DNA from: Trichoplax sp. H2
Lineage: Eukaryota
NCBI GenBank assembly: GCA_003344405.1
Contig: NOWV01000015.1
Location: 682,001-746,000 of the forward strand
DNA: 64,000 bases
Reading direction: 5' to 3'
Part shown: piece after piece, positions 24,144-38,706 of the stretch
Layout of the letters: each line of letters begins with the position of its first letter
Numbering within the stretch: the first letter of the stretch is position 1
Notes under the pieces: model-generated
The model's input: only the letters and a program-made list of their open reading frames with translations
Databases searched by the model: none
Told to the model about the DNA's origin: nothing
Program-made: the position numbers and the translations under genes

Positions 24144-25932
24144 ATGGCCAAGAGCAGATATGAATACGTCAAGCTATTCGAACAAGCTGATCAATGCTTG
24201 CGAAATTGCTGGATAGTTGTACGTCTTGATGGAAGATGCTTTCACAAGTAGGTCTGAAATCGATGCTACTCGACTGACAAGTACTAGCTTAGGCTTGCTA
24301 CTGCATATACAGGACACACTAAAAGGCTCTGTTATCTTGATTCTGACCCAGGTTCTCCTCCCAACACCGATTTAAGAAACCCAATGATGATCGAGCTCTC
24401 AATTTAATGAATCACTGTGGAAAAGCGGTCATGAAAGAATTCCCCGATATTATCTTGGGTTATGGCCAAAGTGATGAGTTTAGGTTAAAGGCATGATTCA
24501 ATCCGTTATGTACAAATATGACTCTACGTATTAACGAATGATATACTCGTAAACCTTGATTCATTTAATAGCTTCATTTTCAAGAAAAGTTGTAACTTAT
24601 TTGGTCGCCGAGCAAGGTAACTCCAAAATAAACTGCAAAGTCTACATTGCGCCTGTAACTGTTATGCATCATTTAATTTGTCGCATCAGTGAATCAACAA
24701 TATGCCATATCTAAATGGGAATTAGCTTAATCGATATCCCCCAAAATAATACGATGTACAGTATTGCAATAGCCATAATACAATAATTATTTATTGTTAT
24801 TATTATTATTATTATTATGCATCACCAGTCTATTGAAATTGTTACTTGCACTCAGTAATTAGAATCGCGCCCTGCTATTACTAGATATCGTAAAGTGAAA
24901 CGTAAATTATGTTCCTGCCACTTTACCACTCACATATCCTTCAACATTAGTGCCCAATTCTTGCTTACTTTCTATTGCTTTCCATCATTTTAGCAAATTA
25001 ATGACAAATGTTACGTCTCTATTCTCATCATCCTACGTCTTTTATTGGAAGAATTATTTTAACGACATTTTGCAATATCCTCCAACTTTTGATGGACGAG
25101 TGGTATTGTATCCTTCCGATAAAAATCTTCGAGATTACTTAAGTTGGAGACAGGCAGATTGTTAGTTTTTCTTAATCGTCCATATCAATCCTTAAACATT
25201 AATACCATCTTAATCAATTTCAACCTCTCATCCTTTAGGCCATATTAACAATTTGTATAATACTTCCTTTTGGGCTCTTGTACAACAAGGACAATATTCA
25301 TTACCTGATGCTGAGAAAAAACTATGTGTACGCAATACAGTATTTACTCTACAGTCAACAACGAACGAAACGAATTTATAAATTTATCCTGCTTAAAAAT
25401 ATTTAGGGAACGGATTCCGGCGATAAAAATGAACTATTATTTAGCCAATTTCAGATCAACTACGATAAAGAACCTGCAATATTTAGGAAGGGGTCAATTT
25501 TATTATGGAAGGAGGTCAGTTAATATGATTCAGGACTATACATTACAACTATCTATGGCATTCTTTATCTGTAAATCATAAAACACTGAATATACTATCA
25601 ATACAATTTTCTTACGAGCTACATTCATTGTCCTGTATTTTATACTATTACGTATCGTCAGATCCGTATTACAGAGTTTAACATGATGTATCAAATTATA
25701 TTACAAGATTTACAGTTAACCGAATGCAACAAATTTGCAACCTTAATATCGTTACTAACAATTTGCATTAACATGTTAGATTGAAGAAAATATATTAAAG
25801 GAATGCAAAAGTAGCAATTCTGAAGATACAGAGTATAAGAACGTTGTCCGCAAGAGAAAAGATGTAGTTGTAGAGCATGTAGACATAATTGGCGATAATT
25901 TTTGGACTGGAAATTCTCAATTATTATCATAA
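24144..25932 (+). CDS. THG1L: tRNA(His) guanylyltransferase, 7 exons
   Basis: [108 protein letters not shown]; catalytic carboxylates present; stop TAA 25930-25932. Confidence 0.96.
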
Positions 25933-26021
25933 TAGGTGCATTTGAACGTTTTGCATTAAAATAAAATAAAATATATGAATAGCAATCTTTTTATGGGTAT
26001 GTCATTTATCATTCCTCGCAC

Positions 26022-27920
26022 TTAAGATATTGACAACTTATTTTGCAATCTTACTGATAAATCGATCAATTCTGAATAAAAGGAATTATCATCGTCTTCC
26101 GCTATCAATTTTTTCCACTTCTCTACAGAGTTTTTCAACTTTGTAGATACATTGTCTTTGTCAAATTCTTCTTTACAATACGCTACTACTGTATTCATAG
26201 CAACTAATACTCTCTCCGTTGCGTCATAATCTGTAGTTTGCAGCAATATTGGCATAAATTTACACCACTTGCGCTCAATTAATTCGTCGAGTATTCTGCA
26301 ATTAGAACAGTAAGACAATAAAAATTATGCTAAGTAAATGCCAATGACATAATCATTAGATCCTATACTAAATTTAGCTTCACCTTCCAGTTATTGAGAT
26401 GTTATCTTCAGCTTGATAGTTAGTATGCTATAGTAATACGTAAAAAATAATTAAAACAAACAAAGATATAAATAGACGCAGTACAAATCATGAAATCTCA
26501 TCCTGTAGACAACTTACATTCTCTTTTAAGAGATCAGATATGAGAGTAAGTGCTTTTATTCGGAGAACCTCAGTGCCACCCTCCAAAAATATTTTGGTTA
26601 ACACTGTCATCCCACCCCGACGTAGAAATTCCATCTGTGCAGGAGGAAAATTTCTCAAAAGGGATGATAAAGCATAAAGCGATCTGCGGCGTATAATGAA
26701 TTCCTCCTTTGCATCTATGCCGTTAAAAATAATTGGTAAAATTCCAAGATCCAGCATAATTCTTTGCACATCAAGGTTACTGTATGAAATGAGAAATATA
26801 TGAGAAATTTAATTTTATTTAAAATTTTCAATTTGCATCAACAGTCCTATAACTACTATCTAGCGTCAATTTTCTTTTTAGCTTTTGAATGACTAGAGCA
26901 AGGGTTTGACAATTTTTAGACACAATAGATGAAATATTATGTTAAATGTTAAGGTATAGTTTGTGCTCGTATATACAAATTTGAATACTAATGAATTATT
27001 AGTTCATATGAAATACCTTTGAACAGCAGCTCCAATAATTTGAAAAGCAATGCTCTTTATATTTACATCAGTACCATTCAAATCATGGAGAATTAACTGA
27101 TATCCCTTCATGGTATGAAAATCTTTAGCATTGTCAATCTGATGAACCAGATATTCAATACTTTCTAAAGCGGTCATTCGGTCATCCTTATTTGTACTTT
27201 TATCTTTGAGGGTGTCAATATTAGACTGTAAAACCTGAGCATCGGTTTTAATGCTTGCATGTAATTTGCCTAGATCATCTTTAATCTCTTCGATAGATTT
27301 GTAACTTGTTTTTACTCTTTCTCTATCTTCATCACTGATTACAAATGTCTATAGTAGAAATTAATGTTCATATATTTGTATCAATACATGTAATAAAATA
27401 ATGAAAAGCCATATCTTCAATTTGATTCAAAATGAATTATCTACGCCTAAGCTACATTGTACATGTCATCCAATTGTAGGGAATTATCTTTTTTATCAAA
27501 AGCCTTTACCTCCCCCGCCTTATTGTCCTTTGGCATATTTTGTAAGAGTTGTTTTAGCTCTTTCTTCGTGTATGGAATGCCATTTTGAAAATTTGGCCCA
27601 GTTGTTTTCTCCTTTTCTTTGTTGGTACCATCTTCCATCAGTTTTGCCTCTTTCTTGCCTGTCGCTAAATTCATTCTAACATGTAGGCCAGCAGGGATAG
27701 CTTGACCTTCATACACAGTTTGCCATTCAGAAGTTGGTTGAAAAACATTCAGGTCGTCATAATCGATTTGGTTCAGTTTATCATGACTAGTTGCAGTAGA
27801 ATCCTTATTTTCAACTTCAGAGTCCACTATAGCTATGGCTTGATTACCATGTTGGTCGTTCCCATGGCAAGATAAGGAGCCTATTAAAAGTGCGTAAAAA
27901 GATAGCAGTAACCAACGCAT
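26022..27920 (-). CDS. SIL1: Nucleotide exchange factor SIL1 (BiP co-chaperone)
   Basis: Signal peptide [18 protein letters not shown] (ATG 27920; alternative in-frame ATG 27953), SIL1 motif [87 protein letters not shown] and KALTLISDL. Confidence 0.93.
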
Positions 27921-29743
27921 AACAGTGTTGGGATTTTGAAGTATTTTGACCATTTTCCCACGGATAAGACGAAGCCAACTACCTCTATGCAAATATAATG
28001 GATCAATCGATACCAGCCACAGGTTAGAGAATGCACAATATACAGTTAACGGTATACTACTTTAGTTTAGATATGAATTTGCCGGCTATACTTTGCTCTT
28101 AATTAATAACAGCGAATTTTCAATCAATGCAGTACAATGTCGAACAGTTACGACACTTCTGGGCGAACAGTACCAGGCTTTAACCAATCCAACTGTAAGA
28201 TCACTATGTAATATTAACAGGTGGGAAATAAATTGCAGGATGCAGTCGGTAGCTACTTACTCGGTGCTTAAAGTTTGGAGGAGTCCACTTTCGCCACTTG
28301 ATAATAACAAGATGAATTTGGTAACGTTTCCAATGCTTTCACTATTTATAGTCTCGCGTGAATGGTGTCAATTGCCTGTTTCCAGTGTTGCATCATAGTG
28401 TACTGTACAGTATTTCACTTACCCACTATACACAGTACAGTACCGTAAGCTTGACTTTGGTTACGTGGCGTATTTTCATTCATTAAAACTTGAAACACTG
28501 ACTACAGTACTTTCCACTGGAAAGTACTGTACACAATACTGTAGAAGAAGACCTGGACCAGACCGGGCCAGACCGGATCAGTTGGCTTTTTCATTCATTC
28601 AATACTGTACTGTAGTAGAGACCCTCAGTATCTTCTTGTTTTCAATTTGGTTTTTGCAAGAAATTTTGTGCTGTTAACACTTTAATTGTGCTCTTTAACT
28701 AATTATTCTATACTAAGTTTGGTTCATACGGTAGTGTTAGAACTAGACCGGATATAGTAGGAGTTACATATTAACGCTTTAAAATAAAAGCATGGAACGC
28801 TACTGATGCCAATGGTATAATTTGAAACTCCTTGACATACTGTAAATCTGTAATTCATCGAGGCTGTTGAAATTTTGGTAATATTAGTAGCAGCAGTTTA
28901 TCAAGTTCTCGTCAATTCAACTTCTTAGAATTAAATTTATTTGAAACAGATTCCTTGCTTTTATACTATACCGAATACAGTATGTATTTAGAAGCCTTAA
29001 CATCGAAGACGTTTCCGGTCAAAACAATGCAACATAAGTCGGCTATATCCTGTACAGTGTACACTATACACTGTAAAGGCTGCTCAATTGCAAATGATGC
29101 AATACACAGTACCGGTGCAGACACATCTCAGACCGTACAGACCAGACTGCAGACTACGTAGAGCTAGCTCAGTACAATTTCAGCGACATTTTTGCATGTA
29201 GAACAAGGAAATGTTTGGGCCTAGTAACTATGATCGACACTCATAATATGGAGGCCATTAAGGAGCAGAATCCTTGGTCGGGCATATCAAAAAATGCCAA
29301 ATTAAGGACCCTGTTAAGGAGTGTTCAAACTTCAAACTTTTTATTATCTCCTTGAAGTTATTGTCGATTCGTAGTCACCTACTGTTTTTCGACGGCAGAC
29401 AACGAATAGACGAGCCAGCATCGAAAAGCGCTCTAGTTTTAGCCTCAACAGAATCAGTCAGATTCTGCCGAGATAAACCTAGTCCAATCCTTGGATTATA
29501 TTGAATATTTAATAGTACTCACACTTTGACAATACAGTATTAAATTATTCATTTTTCGTCTTTAAAAATTGACAAATTAAACCATACGGTAATTATCCAA
29601 TATGAAGTCCGTGAATTGAGATTTGATCTTATTGACTAGATTCAGCATAAAGATAACTTACGATTGAGCGCACTTATAAATTGCAATCCGTACCAAATAT
29701 AAATGACTCACAGAACCATTATCGGCAAACTCCATTTAATACA

Positions 29744-30020
29744 ATAATCCATAACAACAATCTGACGATAATGTATTAATCGCTATTCTTAGATAGATAG
29801 ACACGAGGATATCGTTGTAAACATCAACTTCATAATATGCTAAACCTCGAATAGAACTGTTCGCATACGAGTACGTACATTATGATAATCCATAACAACA
29901 ATCTGACGATACTGGATTAATGGCTATTCTTAGATAGACAGGAGGATATCGTTATAAACATTAACTTCATAACATGCTAAACCTCGAAAAGAACTGTTCG
30001 CATACCAGTATGCACATTAT
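29744..30020. repeat. Two-copy tandem duplication of about 141 bp
   Basis: ATAATCCATAACAACAATCTGACGATA...GCTAAACCTCGAA.AGAACTGTTCGCATAC..ACATTAT starts at 29744 and 29885, with scattered substitutions and a small indel. Confidence 0.92.
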
Positions 30021-30368
30021 ACACAGTAATATACAGTACTGTATACGAGCTAGGCGTACAATTAATTTAATTTTAATAACATAAATACAGTAATGTTTTA
30101 CATTTTTAACACCTTCAACATATCATGTAGTACACATTGTACCATATAGCACACTGTAAACGAAGCAAATACAGTATATTGGGTCGTACACAATATCTCG
30201 ATTAATTTAAATTTGATGGCAATATTTAAGAAACTGTCAACCATGCATAGTATAAAGCACTTGTGATAGTACGCAAGTTACACTTCCATCAATAAGTTTA
30301 TACACGAAATTGATATGTGTTTTAAATTAATTAGCCAGCAGGTCAGTTTCCATGCCGCAATAGTACAC

Positions 30369-31442
30369 TTAAATATATCTCTCACGAACGCTACATCGCC
30401 TAATACGATCATCACTAGCATCATTAATACGTTTTGGCAAACGCGTAGCACGTTTCGATAATTCCTGTAGTTTCTTTTTACTATCAGCAGTGAAATAGGC
30501 GTAAAGTAGCGGTATGATAGCAGGATAGAAAAACGCTATATAACGTGTTATTAATAACATATAATGCATAAAAGTGCTAATACGGTCATGTCCAAGTTGT
30601 TTAATGACAAGATAGACTGTGATATAAGGCAAGAAGAAGATTACAAATGTAATAAGCAAAATACTGAATTGCCTGTAAGCTTTTTTCCGACGCCATGATT
30701 GCTTTTGTTTCATAATATCACCATTTCGATTAATAAATACTCCCTTAGTATGAAATTGAATAATCAGCGTAAGGTGGCAATAAGTAAGCAATGAGACTAT
30801 TAATGGCAGAGAAAACAAGGCCAAAAATAGGATAAAAACGTACACTTTCTCTTCCTGAGGACCATCATATTCTTGACACTTAGCATACAAAGCCACTGTA
30901 GAAATTCTCTTAAATATCAGTACCACAGGCACAATACATACGGCTGACGATGCAATCCAAATTATAGAAATAAGAATGATAACCCTTTTTTTCGTAACAT
31001 ATTTCTTATATGAAAAAGGATTTAATATCGAGAAGTAACGATCTAAACTGATCAAGCATAAATGAATACAAATAATGACTGCAAAAGCTTGACCAAGAGG
31101 TGATAATATCCTGCATAAAATTGGAACTTGATACCAAAAGGGGTTAGCTCGACGAGGCAATATATACATCATGCTATATAATATTGATACAAAGCATGTA
31201 CTATTTACAATTACTGTAGAATTTTTTTTATACCGTTCTTTCAATCCTACAACAATTAAATACGCAGAATTGGTTATAATTATTGTCACACCTACGGTGC
31301 ACCACAGCAACATCTCGGTAACATTAACCTTTGGAGACACAATATTTGAGGAATTATTACAATTTGGAGATAATCCTGAGTAGATGCAAGGATGAGCTGA
31401 AATATTCCTCATTTCCATTCCAGTTGTGTTGATTAATTTCAT
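30369..31442 (-). CDS. Intronless rhodopsin-like (class A) GPCR, orphan
   Basis: 357 aa with N-terminal N-glycosylation sequons, seven hydrophobic segments, a TM3 Cys, ISLDRY, TM4 Trp, TM5 LP..Y, TM6 FFLPY and TM7 IIPLLY. Confidence 0.9.
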   Translation of the reverse strand: MKLINTTGMEMRNISAHPCIYSGLSPNCNNSSNIVSPKVNVTEMLLWCTVGVTIIITNSAYLIVVGLKERYKKNSTVIVNSTCFVSILYSMMYILPRRANPFWYQVPILCRILSPLGQAFAVIICIHLCLISLDRYFSILNPFSYKKYVTKKRVIILISIIWIASSAVCIVPVVLIFKRISTVALYAKCQEYDGPQEEKVYVFILFLALFSLPLIVSLLTYCHLTLIIQFHTKGVFINRNGDIMKQKQSWRRKKAYRQFSILLITFVIFFLPYITVYLVIKQLGHDRISTFMHYMLLITRYIAFFYPAIIPLLYAYFTADSKKKLQELSKRATRLPKRINDASDDRIRRCSVRERYI

Positions 31443-34400
31443 TTAACCAAGAAAGGTTTGCCAAGAAACAAATAAATACTATCGCTCCTTATACTTAAAA
31501 CACCGCATGAAATAACAACCGCTATCTTCACGCTTTTTTTTTATTTACAGTATTACTTCTCAAATTATAGAAGTAGGAATTTTTCATAAACAAAGAATAA
31601 ATACAGTAACAAAAAGCTAAAATGCCTCTTTGATCAACTTACGAATACTTTGAAATGACACTCATCTGTAACTTCAATTTCTTAAGCAGGAATAGTATAA
31701 CGAAGTAGAAGAGAATATAGAATTATCACCACTATCTGGTCTATCAGCGAAAAAGCATTCAACTTTTCAGAGACTAACGGCACTGGCTTTCGATATGTTC
31801 AATTATCGAGTATTCTGTTTCATAAATAATGATAGCAATTAGAAGGATAACTTATAAACTATAAAGAAGTATTTCGAAATCAACTTTATCATCAACACTA
31901 TGGTAACGGATTAATTAAAATTTAATATTAAAATAGACAGAATATAACCATGATGAAGCAGGAAAAACTTATCTACGATATAAAATCAAATGAATATGGT
32001 CCATCGTTATCCAATAGCATTGTATTTAAACTGGAGTATACTTATAATCGATCTCTTAAAACCAATCAATTGCGAGAATTAAAAGATTAGATTTTAAATT
32101 ATTCATTATCAGATATAATATTACATTATCGTGTATAGTATTAAAGTTAGTAGCTATACAAGCATAGTTTATTAAGGCCATGATAAACTTTTTAGCATTA
32201 GCAGTACTCATTCTTGAATTATAATAAATTAAAGCTGTTACCTTTAGGTGCGAAATATCGGCGTTTAAGTTTTGTTGGAGGGATTTTAAAACATGCATAT
32301 TATCATAACCATGATAATAACACTAAAAAATTTAATTCCTTAAGATAATAACATGCTCTTTGAAATTAATTATGTAATAGAAATGAAAGCTGTGAAAAGA
32401 AACTAGCTGAAGTCCTTAAATTTAATAGATACTATTCAAATTATTATATAATTGAATAGCCAGTTGTAGCTGTAACAAATTTTATAAAAATGTTTCATTA
32501 ACTACATCATCTAAGACAATAAATATGCCGTATTACCACTCCATTGAGAAAAATATCCTCGAACTTTATCATGCCGTAATGGTATTATCTGTCAATTTTC
32601 CATAAGCTGATTGGCTTTATTTTATTACTCTTGGCATATTAATTAAAAATTGCAATAATCCCAGCTGTGAAGGGCATATTTACTAATATTTTAATTACAT
32701 TTGTTCTTCCGCACAGACAATTTTGGCTCTAATTTTGCGTTATTTACTTCTTAATTTAAAATATTAATATTCAAAAACTCATTACAATAATGTAATTATG
32801 GGAAAGATATATTATGTTTTATTTTATAAATTATCACCTGAATATGATAAATAATATATGTTAAATAGATTTAATAAAGAACCTGAATGGTTTTTACTAA
32901 ATTTTAGCACAAACATTGCAGCAACTGTTAATTATTTAATCTCATTGAATAATATTGCACTTCATCTTTAATAGATCTAAATCCAGGATATCCTGTAATA
33001 GGTTAAAGCTTTTTTGCCCTACCAATATTAATACAGATATTAATAGAGGTTGATTGACACTAAAGCTAAATGCAAGACTAATGCATACTTTGAAATAAAA
33101 TAAGGAAGTAAAGAGTAGTTTATTGTGTCTGGTTCTACATACTGGTTTCGATGCAATTTAAAGAATTTTAAAACCATAAATTATTACATGCAGTCTATAA
33201 TGCTATCAGTCTGACGGTAAGAAGAATCTTAAAAAATTACATTCTAGTAAATTCTTATTACAAACGGCATCAGAACGAGTTTCATCTATATATTCCTACT
33301 TAGATACAATTTACTTTTCAATCCTGTTCTGGGTCAGACATTCTAATCTCAATTATCAATTCTATACTTGAAATATTTTGTAATAATCTTTAAAGGTTTA
33401 CATATAACTCAAGATGTATTTTGAGATATTCTTATCAACTTATATTCTCTTTTATTTCTGAACTATCGAGTATTTATCAATTTCTCGACTTTAATTTATT
33501 TTTCATTTTGCATTTAATATAGCCGGTAAGTGAAATATTTTTATTTACATTTATCTTTATAGAAACTCCTACGTTGCAATAATGCTGTGTTAGTGTCACT
33601 GCTATTTATTATATTTTATTTACCGATATGAATTGATTTCGAACCGAACCTTTGACACATCTATACGCGGTGGGTTGCGATTAAATAAACTATCACTGTT
33701 AGTTTACGAAATAAAGGTTATATAGGTCAGTAAACAATATATAATACAATATCAAGACGAAAGGAAGTTTGCACTATAGCAAATAGTTTACACCTAGAAA
33801 AGTTATTTATAGCAAAAAAGAATGTAACCCATCCAACCTTTTTTCTTCTGTGTATCTATACGTTTTATTTATGCTGACATACCGTACATAACAATAAATT
33901 TCAATTTGTCTAATACTAATAAATTTTAGGAAAAACGCTCTAGTTAATTGAAGTAGATTACGATATAATACTATAATTGACTAATTTTAAGTAGCACAAT
34001 GACCGATATTAATTACAGCCCTTGCAACATAAACAGTAATATCAGCTACTGAAATGAGCTAATCTTCAAAGTATACCCTACGTTTACTAAAAGTGTAAAT
34101 TATCTAGGTACGCTTCTTATAATTTTGACAGTAATATAGTATAGAGTTACAATAACAATGCTTAGGGAATCGGTCAAAATAAATTACTAACTTAAAGATA
34201 AAACTTCTATGATATTCTTACATTTTAAAGCAAATTTTTATTAACTCTTGAAGAATCTCCAGAGTTGATGATGACATAGAAATTTATTCATATACTTGAA
34301 TCGATGGCATCGGGTGCATTAAAGTAACTAATAAAAGTAAATAAAAGTATAATATGTGGTGTGACTCATGCTATTCTGATATTGATCTATGCTATTAGAT

Positions 34401-37400
34401 CGCTTTATACCTATATTCGCATATGTACACATATTGAAAGCTAACTAAGATTATATAGAATTCTCCTTGAGTTAAGCTTAGCAAATTTATTAAATCAGAT
34501 AAAATCAAGACATTAATAACGATGAATAAATTATTTACTGCCTTCAAAATTAAAAACAATTAAATTTTATTTATATGCCTACAGTTAGCAACAGTATAAT
34601 AATAATCAGTCGATGTATCTGACACCTAGAAGACAGTATTCGAACAGATCAATTCAACGCGTTCAAAGCTAGGTTCAAGGTAAACTTAATGAATAGCTAT
34701 GACATGTAAGTAATAGCTCTATTTAATATAATTCCTGCAGTGTTGTATTCAGAAATAATATACTGATCCCTTGTTATACTTCCTGAATACTATGTAGATT
34801 CCGTAAAATCTAAAATAAAATTTTTGACATATTAATTTTCAGAAAGACTGTACTTGGCGGCGAATAAATAAAAATAATACGAAACCTGAAAATTTTTGTC
34901 ATGATCTTGGACGATGTAAATGTCAATTAAAAATATATCTACCGTAAATTATCATTTGTTAGATTAGTAACCTTCGATGATTGATAACCAAGAAAATTAT
35001 CAGTGATCCAAATACAATAGCAATTCAGATATTCGCTAGTCCTAAATCCAAATAACTTGATAACTACCAAAATTAAATTTGCTTTTTTCTAAGTAAATAA
35101 AATTTATCATCAACCTTGGCACCGCTTGTAGTCAGTTACTTGCAGATACTGACTTATGACTAACAATTTGTTATGACTTTTTAGCCGATGGAATCGTCAG
35201 TTATCGTCCCGTAACTTATACGCGTATTTCAAGGGCAATATGCTTCCGTAATTACAGGTTATTATTAGTGGCTGCGATTAATTAGCAATAAATTTCGATA
35301 GATTATCACCAGTATTTATAGCTAGGTATCCATTTGCACTGAATTCTGACAATTGCTAATAATGATTAATGATAATTTGCTTGTAATAGTCTTGGTTTGT
35401 TTTGCTACAACTGTCAATTCGGTAATCACCAAAAGGAAGATACGCAATAGTTAAAAGCTAGAATTATTAACGCTAGTATTCTTACCGATAGCGGAATTAA
35501 TGCACTACTATTTACAAAGCGGTAATTTGATTATGGTGATTGCTAACGGTTGAAAGTCTATGGTTAGCGAAAGCAGCTAGTGCTAGGAAAATTATAGACT
35601 ATCATCACTCAATGCAGTCGCTTTTTAATTCTAAAATACTATAATAAATAAGTACCTTATGATTGCTGGCTATAGTTGTGAAATCCTGATTCTACTCGTA
35701 ATTCGGTTACGGTACTCATCATTATAGTACTGATCTATCAAAGCTGATAATGATGATTGGTAATAACAGTTAATAAAGTACAGTATCATATTTATCTCCA
35801 GGAATTTATAACACGTAGTAATTCTATCACAGCTACTGCAACACGAGTAATTGCTAGTAAAACTACTATTTGTTTTTGTTAGTTCCGTCAGCCATCAGCA
35901 TACCAGTAATAATTTGTTAATTGATTGATATTCACATATGCATAATTATACGAATAACTAATAAAGTCATCGGTTGAGGATTAGTTATTCATTACTACGA
36001 AAGTATTGAACGACTATCGGCTATAATAATTAATTATTATGTCACCATTTGTTTGTAAATATCAACCACTATCTAGAACAATATCCAAACAATATCCAAA
36101 ATCATCCCACTATTTGTCTATAAAAATATAACCACTACATTGAGTTTAGTCATTCAATAGTGTAATAATATCAAAAATTGCGTCATTATTTGCAAAATTC
36201 AACCACGACGTAGAAATTAGTCACTGAATAGCCGTAGTAATATCTAAAATGATCTCTTTTTTACTTCCTAATAGCTTGTCATTGTGACAAAATCTCCTAG
36301 TTAATGGATGCTTTACCCATCAAGTCACTTCTCAGAATTAGATTATCTATTGTTCGTGATTTGTTAATTAACTAATTATGACGGATGGAGATAATAGTTT
36401 TTAATGCTCTCACATTACTATAGGATTCAAAATGCAGTGACTAATAGGTAAAACTCAATAACAATAGTTATACTGCAGTAATTAGTGGTGAAGAGGTGTA
36501 TTGTAAGTAACGATGAAAGCCTGCAAAAATCATTCAGATAGAGAAGGTTTGTCGCGTGAATAAATTATAGCAAACTACAGTAATAATAAAATAACTTTAG
36601 ATTCTGTATATTACATTTGTATCCATGCACCTACAAAGTTCAGTACAGTTACTTTAATTACAACAACCAATACCTTAACAAGATTTTTCTGTTGCTATTA
36701 TTTATATAATGGGACAATAAATACTTTTGCGTTAATTTTATTTCCGTTAAAAGCTAGACGACAAATAGATACAAACAACAGCCTAAAGTCTATATCGCAT
36801 AACAAATGAAATCTTTGTGCAATAGATCATGTTATGATATCAAAAAACTTTACCGGATTTTGGTACTTAAATGTAAGAAAATTTTATTACTAGGCAAAAT
36901 GTTAAAGAATTAATAGAACATTTCATACATTAACAAAAAAAACACTGTCCACTGTCTGTAAATCGCTTTTACCCCTTATAATAATAACAATGGCCACAGT
37001 AGCATAACAATATCAATATCCTAAAGATAAAAATTACATCTAATATTCAATAATATCATATCACTGATCTATAACATCCAGATTCCAAAATGAGTAAATT
37101 ACATCGCCTTAATTTTTATTCTACCTAAGCGTAAGTCAAGTCTATTTTTAAGAAAGTTATACTATGCAGTAAAACTTAACCCAACCCTATAGAACTCGTC
37201 ATTATCTAGATGCTAAGATTTATGGTACATTAATCATTACAAAGATGCTTTTTACTTCAGATAACATTGGCAGCCTTCTATTTCATACCTGCAGCATTGA
37301 AATTTAGAAGAGAGTAGTTTTAAGTTGTTTATTGCATCAAAATAATCATTCTGTAGATAGCACAGTAACCTCATTTTGTTGACAATCTCAATCTCGATCA

Positions 37401-37458
37401 GGACATTTTTCAATCGTAATTCTATTAAAATCTGCAAGATCCCATAAATGGCATAGAA

Positions 37459-37718
37459 GTAGTTTAAAATCATCTTCATCGATCAATCAATTTGGTGAGA
37501 AGAAACAGTCTTGTTCACAAGTGATATTGCCTTACCGAAATCTTGCTGTGTAGTTTAAAATCATCTTCATCGATCAATCAATTGGCGAGAAGAAACAGTC
37601 TTGTTCACAAGTGATATTGCCATACTAAAATCTTACTGTGTAGTTTAAAATCATCTTCATCGATCAATTAATTGGTGAGAAGAAACAATTATATTGCCAT
37701 ACTGAAATCTTGCTGTGT
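37459..37718. repeat. Three-copy tandem repeat of about 90 bp
   Basis: GTAGTTTAAAATCATCTTCATCGATCAAT..GAGAAGAAACA..ATATTGCC..AAATCTT.CTGT begins at 37459, 37550 and 37640; the third copy has an internal deletion. Confidence 0.93.
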
Positions 37719-38706
37719 ATGGCAACCCGCTATCTTGTCTACCATCTACGGCTCCCTTATAGGAGTAAGGCAGAGAATTAAACAATAGATTTATATTGAT
37801 TTGCATACAGCACCAACAATTAATTACATGACGTGTGTTGATAGAGCCAATGGTCTAAGGATAAAACATTGATGTATCGCTCTCCATTCACGGGTTATAC
37901 CGGTGGTTAGACACATCTATCGTGCAGCGATAGTATTTATTGTCATCACGCACAATCACTTTGAGTAATTGCTCCGGTGAGTGGGCATGATTAATCGTTG
38001 GTATGACTAATCATTTATTTTAGTCAATCATTCTTTCTAGCTATTAATTAATAGCGCAAGGGAAGAAATTTGATTTTCACTCAATAATCCAACATCTTAC
38101 TTAAGGTAAATTTAGCCAAGGTAATCAGGTTTGATTGGATTGGATAGTATCATTATTGTCCTTGACGAATTGGAAGGAATATTCCTATTACGATGCTTTT
38201 CAGATCATTTGCTCGTTTCATTGCAGTTATTAGCCTTGATACTTTCGCTTGATAAAGATTATAAATTAGCTTTCACTTTATAGTCAAGATACTTCATTTT
38301 TCAATAGGATATGACGAAAGGTTCAGTTGAGCATACGTAGAAAGTTGATATATTACAGACAGGAATCATTAATCGCTATTAGGAAAATTGTTGTAAGCTT
38401 GATGCTACAATTGATATTTTAAACATAGTCTTCTTAATCTTAAACGATTTTTATATTTAAACTATCATTGGAAAGTACACGAATATTGAAATTGAAGAGT
38501 TAACGTCTACTATTGCCTACCAATAACATAACTAATTCGATTACTCTATCAAGAACAATTTTTTACATCTTGTCACCAGTGAATAGCAACCTTGGTAAAT
38601 TGTAACGAATACAAGAGCTACCTACCTAACAGAAAGTACAAATTTTAAATTTCTTTCATTCAAGATCCCAAAATTAATTTTGTCTCCGTAATTAATACAT
38701 ATTATT

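Noticed and set aside
31500-37400. Long AT-rich interval searched for hidden exons, tRNA, snRNA or snoRNA
   Set aside because: No phase-consistent exon chain or recognisable RNA gene was found by eye. An Infernal/Rfam scan would be needed to exclude one.
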